Positions 46,519 to 56,082 of a DNA stretch of 64,000 nucleotides are shown in pieces. Positions within the stretch are counted from its first letter, which is position 1; each line of letters starts with the position of its first letter. Origin of the DNA: Schizochytrium sp. TIO01 (Eukaryota; Protista; Bigyra: Labyrinthulomycetes); assembly GCA_004764695.1 (NCBI GenBank), contig SMSO01000031.1, positions 1,092,436 to 1,156,435 of the forward strand, given 5' to 3'. The notes under the pieces were generated by a model, which was not told the origin of the DNA, did no database searches, and was given only the letters and a program-made list of their open reading frames with translations. A program made the position numbers and the translations under genes.

Positions 46519-46950
46519 TGAGATTCACTATTTTGACTCTGTGAAACTTACTGTGTTTCCTTTTGCCTAAATTTGACACCTCCCAGATGACCCTTACAAT
46601 TTAACAAGGCGGATCAAAAATAAGACAGTTCGAATGATGTGTTGATGGGGCCTTTTTAGCTTCCGTCAAGCGCTTATCCACAAAGCCTAGCTTTTCCTCT
46701 AGTGTGAAGGCGTTATTTGCTGAGAGGATTACACTTCAAAGCATGCAATGAGTGTGGTACTACACTTGACAAGCTCAGAGCACCCAAGGTTTTCAATTGC
46801 CCAAAATGCAGACACATAGCCTATCGTGATGTTTACGCTGCCAGATGCATCGTTTCGCCCTACCTATACAAGGACATGATTAAAGAATCGTCTTTGAGTT
46901 GCGGACTAGTTTTTAACACGCGATTGGGCCTTAGTCCCATGTCACCATAG
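46516..46950 (+). pseudogene. tnpB: Fanzor2/IS607-type TnpB nuclease remnant (RuvC-II, Zn ribbon, RuvC-III)
   Basis: Frame-stitched translation: TEIH / *LCETY / LPKFDTSQMT / TRRIKNKTVRMMC*WGLFSFRQALIHKA*LFL*CEGVIC*EDYTS(K) / ACNECGTTLDKLRAPKVFNCPKCRHIAYRDVYAARCI...LGLSP. It has a CxxC...CxxC ribbon and RDxxAARxI, with 5 stops and several frameshifts. Confidence 0.92.
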
Positions 46951-47305
46951 GAAATACAAGTTTGTAAATCTATTTTAATAAATTGTACGCACCACATGAT
47001 GAGGAACGAAATGACTGCCGGCTTTATACGTAACAAACAAAGCATTCTTGAATCGCAAGTACAAGAGAAACGTATAATTTCTTCAGTTGGTATTCTTTTT
47101 ATAATTATTTCTTTATGGGGACACTTAAAAGGAATGTTTAATGACTAAGATTTTCCTTTTGTCTCAAAACATGTACTTCGAGAATATAGAATGTTTTGTT
47201 ATTTGAAGGTCTGCATGGTAGAATCGAACATTTGATGGACATGCCCTCGGTTCACGCGAGGCCTGTTCTTGCTATTTTGTTATGAGACGTACCAATTCTG
47301 CTTGA

Positions 47306-48062
47306 TTATTGGTTTCGACCAGAACGGCCCATGCCGAGATCCTCGGCAGAGGGAACGTCATTCTCGGTGACACGACTTCCGGCAGCACTCATATTGGAGA
47401 GGCCCCAGGCAATGATTGAAATTCGGTCCTCTGGGGCTGGGCCTTCAAGAGGAATGACGCCGTGCCTGAACTCAATGTTCACATCACGTGAGAACGTGTA
47501 CGCAGAACCATTAGGAGCTTCCATGAAGATCTTTGTCTTGGTGCGGGCGTGCTCAAAGCCGACCTCGCGGTTAAGACCAAAGCTAGCAGCCACAGTAAGG
47601 TTTTGCGGACAGTCTGGTGTAAAGGCAGCGCGATCGTGGTGAAAGGGCTTCCAATCAGTTGAGCCCTTGCGGTACAAGTTGAATCGTGTCGCGTTGATTT
47701 TCATGTCGAAGACCTCCTCCATCTTTCGGATAACCTCACGAAAGGCAGGGGATTTTTGCTTCCATTCACCCTTTTGGAATTTGTCGTTTGCAATCTCATG
47801 CGTATCACCATGCCAAAGGGTGAAAAGTGATTCGTTGCCTTCAGCTTGATGAATTTCCTTCTTCAGGGCTTCAAAGACAGTGGTGTCATCCTGGTCACAG
47901 AACAGGTTAGGGGCAAAAATCACATCATGAACCGTGAGATTCTCTACCTTGCGTCCACCCGTGAGAACCTTGACGCGGAGATCCGGTTTATCAAAGCGAG
48001 GCGTGAAGTCAGTGGTGTTCTTTGGTTTGCGGTTTCGCGAGGCCTTGTTTCCATTCTTGGCC

Positions 48063-48094
<32 letters not shown>

Positions 48095-48258
48095 GCCCTT
48101 GCATTCGCTCCGGCCTCCCTTGTTGTTATTGTTGTTGTTGCTGTTGCTGCTGTTGTCGGCATTCTTGTTCTTATCACTGATGCTCATGTTTGCAACCTCT
48201 TGAGCAAGTGCATCGGGGCCATCGTTGCTTTTGGTCTCCTTCTTAGGACGGGCGCTGA

Positions 48259-48349
<91 letters not shown>

Positions 48350-48565
48350 ACGATTCCTTCGCCGGTCTCTACCTCCGCGAGATCTCCGCTGTTGGCCATT
48401 TCCATTTCCATTTCCAGTTCCGTTGGCAGGAATGTTCTTCTCCCCAGAGCCTCGCTGCTCACCACGTTCGCGACTCTTGGACTCCGCTACCTCAGCTGTA
48501 GGCTTGGAAGTCGGCTTCTTCTCTGTACCAGGCACGAAGGGTGCTGCATCTGCATGAAGCGACAT
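47306..48565 (-). CDS. AlkB-like 2OG-Fe(II) dioxygenase with an N-terminal PAM2-like motif and poly-Asn region (419 aa)
   Basis: Start cagccATG at 48565 and SLHADAAPFVPG (LxxxAxxFVP). Asn30 tract at 48260-48349. Catalytic domain: RFNLYR, KPFHHD (HxD), ASFG..R, RHGV (distal His), RISIIAW (2OG-binding Arg). Confidence 0.9.
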
Positions 48566-50401
48566 GGCTGCTCTCCTGTTCTCTCGCACAAATACCAGGA
48601 CTTCTTCAATCAACAGAACACGTTTCGCTAGAGGCAAGCACACCCAGCCCTCAAAAACTCGATTGCTCAACCAAGCGACCCGCTGATCCGTGTCTATCCA
48701 ATATTCGTGTGACCATCACCAGTCCGGCAATCCATGATCTCAATCAAACCTAACCATCATTCTCAAATATCATCAGAGTAACAAAATCGTTCTTCTTCCC
48801 CAAAGATGACGTGATGATGACATCATAACTACCACCGTTCTGCGCCTTCTTTCTTTCTTGTGCATATAAAAGGTCAGCTCATCATGTTTTTGATCCAACA
48901 TCTTGACCATCAATTAAGAGTACTCGGACCTCAAACCAAACTGAAGCGACTGGTTTGACCCATTGGAAATCATCCAAGAGCGCATGCCTACAGGAATCGA
49001 CGGTGAAAAGCTTTGGGGAACACACGTGAATTCTTGAAGACCATCTGCAAATTGCAAAAACCCACGAGGGTAAACGTTAGGTTCAAAATCCAACGAATTT
49101 TAAATTTCCAACGAAATAAATAAAAGCACTATAAAATTGGCTTATTTTAGAAAGAGCGACGCGACCGATCTTTAAAAGACCCGCACACGCGCCCCCTTTT
49201 GTAAATGCTACACACCTCCACCCTCGAGTTGATATACACTTGGTGGCCATATAGGCTAGGGACCATGCCGGGAGTTGATTAGATATGGGTGCAAAAGTGT
49301 ATACACGTGCACGCGCTGCACGACCCTCGTTCCTTTGGTGAATAATAGATGAGGGTTTCAGGTTTCCAGGGTTTGGGGCGAGATCAAAACCAGAGAAGCT
49401 AGAAAGAGGTTTCCGTCAACCCTTGGCATCCCCCTTTGTGCAACGTCAAGGTCTTGTGACAACTTTTGAGGTCCTGAGCTACAGGGCTTCCACAGCATCA
49501 ACTGGTGATGGCGTGAGAGTGACAGACAGGAAGAACAAACAACTTCAAACAAGCAGGTTTTGAAGCTTTCCGCTACGACTATAAAGTCACTGCTCTTTCG
49601 CAGAAATTAGGAGTGAGCCTGAGGGCGACGACCTCGACGTCATATTGTGAATTTGCGAGGCATTAGTGTTGCTCAGGTCGGGTCACTGTCGTGTTAGTTT
49701 GAGGCTTTCTACTGCCGCTTCAGAGTGCAGAAGGCGGTGCAGAAGTAGGGCTCCTAGTATCTAACACATTTACGCAATTCACGCGCTCGCATAGCTTGCA
49801 TTGCGACTAAGAACTAAGAGGTGCTACCTCTGTGCTAGTGCGGGTCCTAGCAGATCGTGGTTACCGAGTCTAGGCAATTTCAAGAGCTTAAAACGTGGGC
49901 AGAATACTTTTCTGAACGAACGAGCGATCAAGGTGTGCACGGGTCTGAAGATTAACTTTCGCGAGCACCAAATCCCTGATTCATCACTGAGCAAGGTTTG
50001 TTGCGGCTGCCTTTGCTGTTTTGGCCTGGGGAACAGTGACCGTGACGACTGCAAACAAAGCTTCTCCGGACCCAAAACTCTTTTTGAGCCCACGCACGTC
50101 TGAGCCCTTTGCTGTCCTTCCCAAACTCAGTTGGAGCTCCACTCGTTTTCTTCCGTGCTTGTAGAGCTATAGAAATCGCTGAGAGCACAAAACCGAGCCG
50201 GTTTTACGTCTCGTGAACTGCAGTAGAGGAGTTACAAACCGAGAGGTTGAGTTCGCCAAAGACTACTCTACTCTATTCCGTGGGCATATATCTATTCGCA
50301 TCCACAATTTAGTGCTGTGAGGTTTGCAGCGCTCAATTTCCGAAGTTCGCTTCACCTTTATAGTTGTTCCTTTGCATTCTTGCAACAGCGCGCCAATTAC
50401 A

Positions 50402-51520
50402 ATGTCGCGCCATTACGTCAAGGCTGTAAATGACTACGGTCTGGACGCCGAGCTTGCAGCAAAGGCTAATGCCAAGTATGATCCTGAGCTTGAGAACCAA
50501 GCTAAGTCATGGATCTCGTCCATGACTGGTGCAAGCTTTGCCAGGGGTTTTGCAGCAACACTCCACGATGGCTCAGTCCTATGCGACCTGGTCAACAAAG
50601 TACGCCCAAACTCCGTTCGCAGCGTGTACCGCGGCGACATGCCATTTCGTCAGATGGAAAATGTCTCAGGCTTTATTTCTGCGGCTCGGCGTCTTGGTGT
50701 GGCCGAATCTGATCTATTCACAACGGTGGCGCTATATGAAGAGAAAGACATGGGCCAGGTTGTGACTTGCATTCTCGCTCTCAAACGTGTTGCCTCAAAT
50801 AGTGGCCGTGCTGACGCTGGTGCTCAGAGGACCTCGAGGCGTCTTCTTCCGCGGAGTGGTGATGGCGAGGTGTCGAAGCTGAGCTTAGGCTCCTACGGAG
50901 TTATGGACACCAAAAAGGAGGTGGTCACACAGTTTAATCGCGGTAGCTTTGGTCGACCCACGAATCCAGACGCTTCTGTATCAAAGCTCAACAATGGTAG
51001 CTTTGGCGTCATGGAAAGCACTGCAAATAGACATCCTATGACAGAAACCAATCGTGCTGAGTACGCTCGCGCCACCCAGTCCCGAAGAGCATCTGGGCCT
51101 CAAATTGTGGACCGTGGCCCGAACTCAGCTTATGGCGTCATGCGCGAAATGCCGTGGGAGAAACCGGCGGATTCAAGGAGCCCGGTAGTCACCGCACGCG
51201 CTGAGTTCAAGGAATCCACTCCGCAGAGGAGTTGGCGCGAGGATCTCGAAGAGAGAGCTGCACGACCTGCACAAGTGCCCGTAAATGCATCTAGGCCGCC
51301 GAATGAATACGTTCCGCCAAGACCTGCTGGGGCTCGTGACGATGATTCGAGTCAGAACAGCGGCAGGAGGTCTATGGGAGCATGGTTATGGTCTAAAGTG
51401 CCGCGCAGTGGTTGGCGTAGATCTGGATCTGGTGGCAGCGGTAGGGCATCTGTAAGGGCTATTGCTCGAGCCTTCGAGCAGAAATCACGCGACGCAAAGC
51501 GTGATAGCCGCTGGCGTTAA
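50402..51520 (+). CDS. calponin/transgelin-like calponin-homology domain protein (372 aa)
   Basis: YGLDAELAAK...KYDPELE...WI...LHDGSVLCDLVNKVRP...PFRQMENVSGFI...LGVAESDLFTTVALYEEKDMGQVV is a type-3 CH domain. ATG at 50402. Confidence 0.93.
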   Translation: MSRHYVKAVNDYGLDAELAAKANAKYDPELENQAKSWISSMTGASFARGFAATLHDGSVLCDLVNKVRPNSVRSVYRGDMPFRQMENVSGFISAARRLGVAESDLFTTVALYEEKDMGQVVTCILALKRVASNSGRADAGAQRTSRRLLPRSGDGEVSKLSLGSYGVMDTKKEVVTQFNRGSFGRPTNPDASVSKLNNGSFGVMESTANRHPMTETNRAEYARATQSRRASGPQIVDRGPNSAYGVMREMPWEKPADSRSPVVTARAEFKESTPQRSWREDLEERAARPAQVPVNASRPPNEYVPPRPAGARDDDSSQNSGRRSMGAWLWSKVPRSGWRRSGSGGSGRASVRAIARAFEQKSRDAKRDSRWR

Positions 51521-52506
51521 GAAAAAGCAAAACGAATCATGAATTGGCGCTGTGATTGATGGCATCGATTTTTTTTTTTAATCCAAAAAGAAGGCCATGG
51601 GTATCTCAAGATAGATTTAGAGAATGGGATCTCTAGATGAAATAAATCTGCGAAACGCATTTTAATATCCTACTCTTAGATATTATGTGTGTGAGAGAGA
51701 GCCGTTGACCTTGGAGCGTTTTTGTTTAGCGTCAAAGAGCGTATATCTTTTTGAATTGGGTTTTAAGTCAGGCAAATCTAATCGAGGAAGTGCCTTTGCA
51801 TTCGCTTTGCTAATGACACTGCTGACAAGGTTGCATAATTCTCAACAGTGTTCACAAAAGCTGTCCCAATTCGTGAACAGTAAGTATAAAATGATGGACT
51901 CGTGGAGTTCATGTGTGGCTAAGGATTCTCGAATAGTAATAAATCAAAAGCCCATTTTGTTTTTTGTTTGTTATGAACTAGCTTGCTGTTTGCTGTTTGC
52001 TGTTTGCTATTTGCTATTTGCTGTTTCCTTTGTCAGATAGGCTATCTTTCAATTGTTCATTTTTTTGCTTTATATTTATCCATTGAAATTTACTTACCAT
52101 CCTAGTGTTAAAGATATGTGGGTACTAAGGATATAGCTGTATGGTAGTAGTTGTAACTAGGTAGGTACTCACTTCGGGAACGGGAACGTTATGACAAACT
52201 TCTCCGGGAAATTGAATGTGTGTACGATAAGAGCATCGATTGCGTGGGTGCAAAAGAAAGGGTATGGGGAGAAGGCTGGACCTGCTGTGGCTGAGGCAAG
52301 CATCCGGTTGTTATTCGTTTGTCTTGGATTCGCATCTTACGCGGGGCAAAATAACACTCTCAAAAGGGCAAAAATTATAGTAATTCGCAGAATTGCTCAA
52401 CAAAAATCTCTTGAAGAAAACACCCTTGGAGGGTAAACAAAGAGCCTGGCATTGCACCCGTATGCGTGGAAGAGACTGAAGTAGACGGACAAACTCTCAG
52501 TCATGA

Positions 52507-55500
52507 GAAGAGCTTACTTTCCCTGATGACTGTGACCTTGAGGCACTTTGCAATGGAGCTGGAGTTGATGTGGACTTTGATCAAGATGGACTTGCACTCA
52601 TATTCTCAAAAATTCAGGAGACAGCATTTGTGGTCGATCCAGATCTCGGTCTTCCATCAGTACGACTGAGTCCGCATCCAAGTAAGAATGGCTGCTCCAC
52701 ATATTTTGTTTTCACAGACCCTACTTCAGGTCAGAAAACCCATCAAACACGCGAACATCCAAACACAAGACTTTGCTACGACACTTATTATGAGATTGCC
52801 CGAGCTCGCGCCTTAAAAGAGGCTGAATTAGATGATGATCCAGACGCAGATGCGCAACTTCGACAAAGAAGAATTGCCAAGCGGAACCTCATTCACCAAC
52901 GAGCTCTGCTCGAGGCTGAGCTTTATTACAAAGAAACTTTGGGTAATCCAAGTGTCGATGACATTGAACCTGCGGATACAGGCACAAGCCCGTTTTGGCG
53001 GGTTGCTCCTGTTGATATACGACGAGCAGCCCGTGACGTGTTCGAGTTCGACCTTGATGAAGAGCCAAAGCTTGCCTGGGTCATTCGTTTCTACCTAGCA
53101 ACAGATCTTCCACCACGATGGAAACGAGCGGAGAATGCACCACAAGTGTTCCTCAACGATGATGAAACTGCCTCTGACAGGCCTGTCTCTGCATCGGTGG
53201 TTACTGCGGAAAATGTCGATGGAAATCTTAGCGAGGATGACGAGGGTGAAGAGGAGTGTTACGTATATACCCCAAAGGACTCTCGTGAGCAGGACCTGAT
53301 TACCTCGGGTCATCCAGGAGTGATGTACTTTCGAGGTTTGCTCAGGTCAGTACGGGAGGAGCTAGACATTATGGGAGAAAATGATCTCGATAGTGATGAG
53401 GACGGTGATTTTGGGTTAGCATCGCTCACTGAAGACAATGAAATGGATACATCATTCTCAGGTGCGGAGCGTCGTGGAATTCTTAAATTTTGGCACCCTG
53501 CATCTCGATCGTATTACAAATATAACTTTAACAGCAGACGAGTTGTTGAAAGTGGTATCAAAGAACCACCACCGGCTGTCTTTATCAGCTTACCTCGGAA
53601 GTCATCTACAGCAGGGTCTGCTGCAGACAGTTCCCGGGCTGGGGTGCTTTTAAGTGACAGTGGCTCGATTGACATAGACGATCAACTTGACGAAGTTTCT
53701 GCGCGTCGTATCGCTCTTGCTGCGGACCTTGAGGAAGTCTGGGAGACCGTAGAGACTCAAGTTCCTCGAGCAGATCTAACTGCCTTTGCTAGCTTTGTTA
53801 ATGTTAAACTTTGTGGCCCACAAACCGAGTTTCTTCGGGAAATTGCTGTACGCTTACTGTCCCCTCTACCTGAGGGCTGGGTTCGAACAGTTGACCCAGA
53901 GGGCCGAGTTCATTATTGTAGCACAATCGGTAAACACGAGCCAGATTTGTGGCGAGAATCTCTGCAGGACCAACTACCCCAATGGGTGCGCCGGGCTGTT
54001 GGCCTGGGACATCATGTAAAGTTGCATATGTATGAGTTTTCGGCTCTCCACCCAGAAGCAGAAGACTGTCGTAAAGTAATAAGTAATGAAAGAGCAGTGC
54101 GTAAAGCCAAAGCAAAGAAACATCGTATTCTGCAACGTCAGCTTCTTTCAGAGCATGCTCAGGTTAGCAGGCGCCAACTTTTGCGAGGAGAAAGTAACCT
54201 TCGTATGCCTATCGAGGCTCAGGACCCGCTCGCTACGGCTTTAGAATTTTATAAAAGCCAGATTGGCGATCCTTTATATCCCAAGGGGATTTGTGTGCGC
54301 TCAACATCGAGCACACGTTCGCCACAAATGCTGTATGACGAGGCAAGACGAATGGGGGTCAAGGCAGATGAGTACCATTTACTTTGGATTCCACACATGC
54401 GTCTAGCAATTGATTTGCCACCTCAGTGGGCAGAGGTACCTGGAAATATACAGCAGGGATTGGAAAGCAGCAGTATTAATCAGCCGGAAGGCAGCCAAGG
54501 TAGCGTGATTACCCAGTACACTTTTGCGCCCAGTGGCTACCTCACATATGAACACCCTGCAGAGCCTTATTTTCGTATTTTGCTGGAGTCTGCACGTAAC
54601 GATACGCCCCTGTCGCCATTACCTTTGCATATTGAGTATCTCGAAATGATTGAACATACAGGAAAGACATATTTTTTTAATCCTCGGACTATGCGGAAAC
54701 AATACTCAAGACCAGCTCCGCAGCCTCAAAGTCCGCTGAGAATCAAGACCCCTGTCCTGACTCGTCAGCAATCTAGTTCATGCTTAAGTACCTCCCGTAT
54801 GTCAACAAGAGACCCAAGTTCTCCATTGATTGGTCTCGATAGCGCAAGCTATAGTCCGGTCTCAAGGAATAGCCCCTTTTTGCAGCTTTCAAACAAATCT
54901 CGGAGTGGAGGTGAACCAAACACAAGAAAGCGAAGCAGTGAGGAAAGTATCACCTTTGTAGAGACTAAGTCAACATTTAGTGACGTTCTTGCGCGAATGC
55001 TTGATGAGAACGAGTCACACCAAAGTTCATCATCCTCTTCGTTAAAGCGAGACCTTGTCCCTCCACGAGAGCTTTTGACGTCCTTTATCTCCCTTGATGA
55101 GGTACCAGAAAACAAGAATGTCTCAGAAGGATCTGTACAAAACCTCGTGCCCAATTTTGGTGACGAGTTCCAGCAACAGGGAAGCAGCATGCTGCTTGAC
55201 ACGGCAAGTATGAATGAGGCAGAAGGAAGTATGCTTTTTCTTGCAACATCTTCAATGCAAACACCTGTCGAGGATTCCACTTGCCAGGACTTCTCCGCTC
55301 ATGATTGGCTAGGGGGGGGCAGCCACCATATTGACTCACAACTCGGCGTAGGGCGAGGTGTAGTTGAGGGTGATGACGAACTGCATTTGGAGGGAAGCGA
55401 TGATGATGGTGACGAGGAAGTAGAGACTCTTGTAATAACACGTTCTACGCTCGCGAAAGCCAAAGTGAGCTACTTTGTTCAAGAGTGGATGGATGAAGAT

Positions 55501-56082
55501 CACCAAGATAGCTCTTTTGATATGTCATCCCTTTGGCGCACCATGCCAGAACCAGATCAGCGGCATTCCACTATGCGCAAAACCCTACTTAGCCCTTTAC
55601 GAGAACCACCTCCTCCTTTTCAAGGTCATACTGTTGAGTCCCAGGTAAATCAGTGGAACGAGGCAGGTGTTACTGCCAGGAAAGCCCCACTGCGCCTTAG
55701 CGAACGCCACCCATTCTTCTATGAGGAGGAGGATGCTACACAAGTTGCAAAATTGAAGAAAAACATTGCACCGGAGCAAATTGTTGCAAGGCCTGTAGAC
55801 GTTGCATTGGAGAAGTCTGACCTGGCTCATTTCGCTCGTGTTCACACCCGCCGAGGCGAGGTTGATAAACTAATTGCAGCTTGTGCAAAGCGAAGTGAAC
55901 AGTATAAGCGAATCAAGAGTAAAACGTTTAGTACTCCAAACCTGAACAGGGGCGCTAGCTCAAAGATGCTGGCGCACAGTAGTAGCGACCCCAAAACAAG
56001 AGACGAAGATGAGTTAATTCAGACCAACTCGCGTAAGCAAAGTCCGTTGCTTCCGCCTCTGCCCCGCAAAGATTCTCCTTAG
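52507..56082 (+). CDS. large protein with about four CEP164-type extended WW modules and a disordered C-terminal half; 5' end unresolved
   Basis: The frame is open over 52507-56082 (~1190 codons). Repeated modules include EEPKLAWVIRFYLATDLPPRWKR...HPGVMYFR, LREIAVRLLSPLPEGWVRTVDPEGRVHY and MGVKADEYHLLWIPHMRLAIDLPPQW...EHPAEPYFR, plus GKTYFFNPRT. No in-frame ATG in the first ~270 codons. Confidence 0.8.
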   Translation, partial: EELTFPDDCDLEALCNGAGVDVDFDQDGLALIFSKIQETAFVVDPDLGLPSVRLSPHPSKNGCSTYFVFTDPTSGQKTHQTREHPNTRLCYDTYYEIARARALKEAELDDDPDADAQLRQRRIAKRNLIHQRALLEAELYYKETLGNPSVDDIEPADTGTSPFWRVAPVDIRRAARDVFEFDLDEEPKLAWVIRFYLATDLPPRWKRAENAPQVFLNDDETASDRPVSASVVTAENVDGNLSEDDEGEEECYVYTPKDSREQDLITSGHPGVMYFRGLLRSVREELDIMGENDLDSDEDGDFGLASLTEDNEMDTSFSGAERRGILKFWHPASRSYYKYNFNSRRVVESGIKEPPPAVFISLPRKSSTAGSAADSSRAGVLLSDSGSIDIDDQLDEVSARRIALAADLEEVWETVETQVPRADLTAFASFVNVKLCGPQTEFLREIAVRLLSPLPEGWVRTVDPEGRVHYCSTIGKHEPDLWRESLQDQLPQWVRRAVGLGHHVKLHMYEFSALHPEAEDCRKVISNERAVRKAKAKKHRILQRQLLSEHAQVSRRQLLRGESNLRMPIEAQDPLATALEFYKSQIGDPLYPKGICVRSTSSTRSPQMLYDEARRMGVKADEYHLLWIPHMRLAIDLPPQWAEVPGNIQQGLESSSINQPEGSQGSVITQYTFAPSGYLTYEHPAEPYFRILLESARNDTPLSPLPLHIEYLEMIEHTGKTYFFNPRTMRKQYSRPAPQPQSPLRIKTPVLTRQQSSSCLSTSRMSTRDPSSPLIGLDSASYSPVSRNSPFLQLSNKSRSGGEPNTRKRSSEESITFVETKSTFSDVLARMLDENESHQSSSSSSLKRDLVPPRELLTSFISLDEVPENKNVSEGSVQNLVPNFGDEFQQQGSSMLLDTASMNEAEGSMLFLATSSMQTPVEDSTCQDFSAHDWLGGGSHHIDSQLGVGRGVVEGDDELHLEGSDDDGDEEVETLVITRSTLAKAKVSYFVQEWMDEDHQDSSFDMSSLWRTMPEPDQRHSTMRKTLLSPLREPPPPFQGHTVESQVNQWNEAGVTARKAPLRLSERHPFFYEEEDATQVAKLKKNIAPEQIVARPVDVALEKSDLAHFARVHTRRGEVDKLIAACAKRSEQYKRIKSKTFSTPNLNRGASSKMLAHSSSDPKTRDEDELIQTNSRKQSPLLPPLPRKDSP

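Larger units (their letters stand above)
46152..46950 (+). mobile_element. degenerate, internally deleted IS607-like transposon (TnpA + Fanzor2/TnpB); true ends not determined
   Basis: Co-oriented tnpA then tnpB remnants in the canonical IS607 order; see the two pseudogene features. Confidence 0.88.

Noticed and set aside
47846-48631. Poly-Val, poly-Leu and poly-Thr ORFs
   Set aside because: Alternative frames and the antisense strand of the (AAC)n Asn tracts in the dioxygenase.
52462-52506. Selenocysteine readthrough of two in-frame TGAs at the WW gene start
   Set aside because: No redox motif context and no SECIS identified; an indel is more parsimonious.
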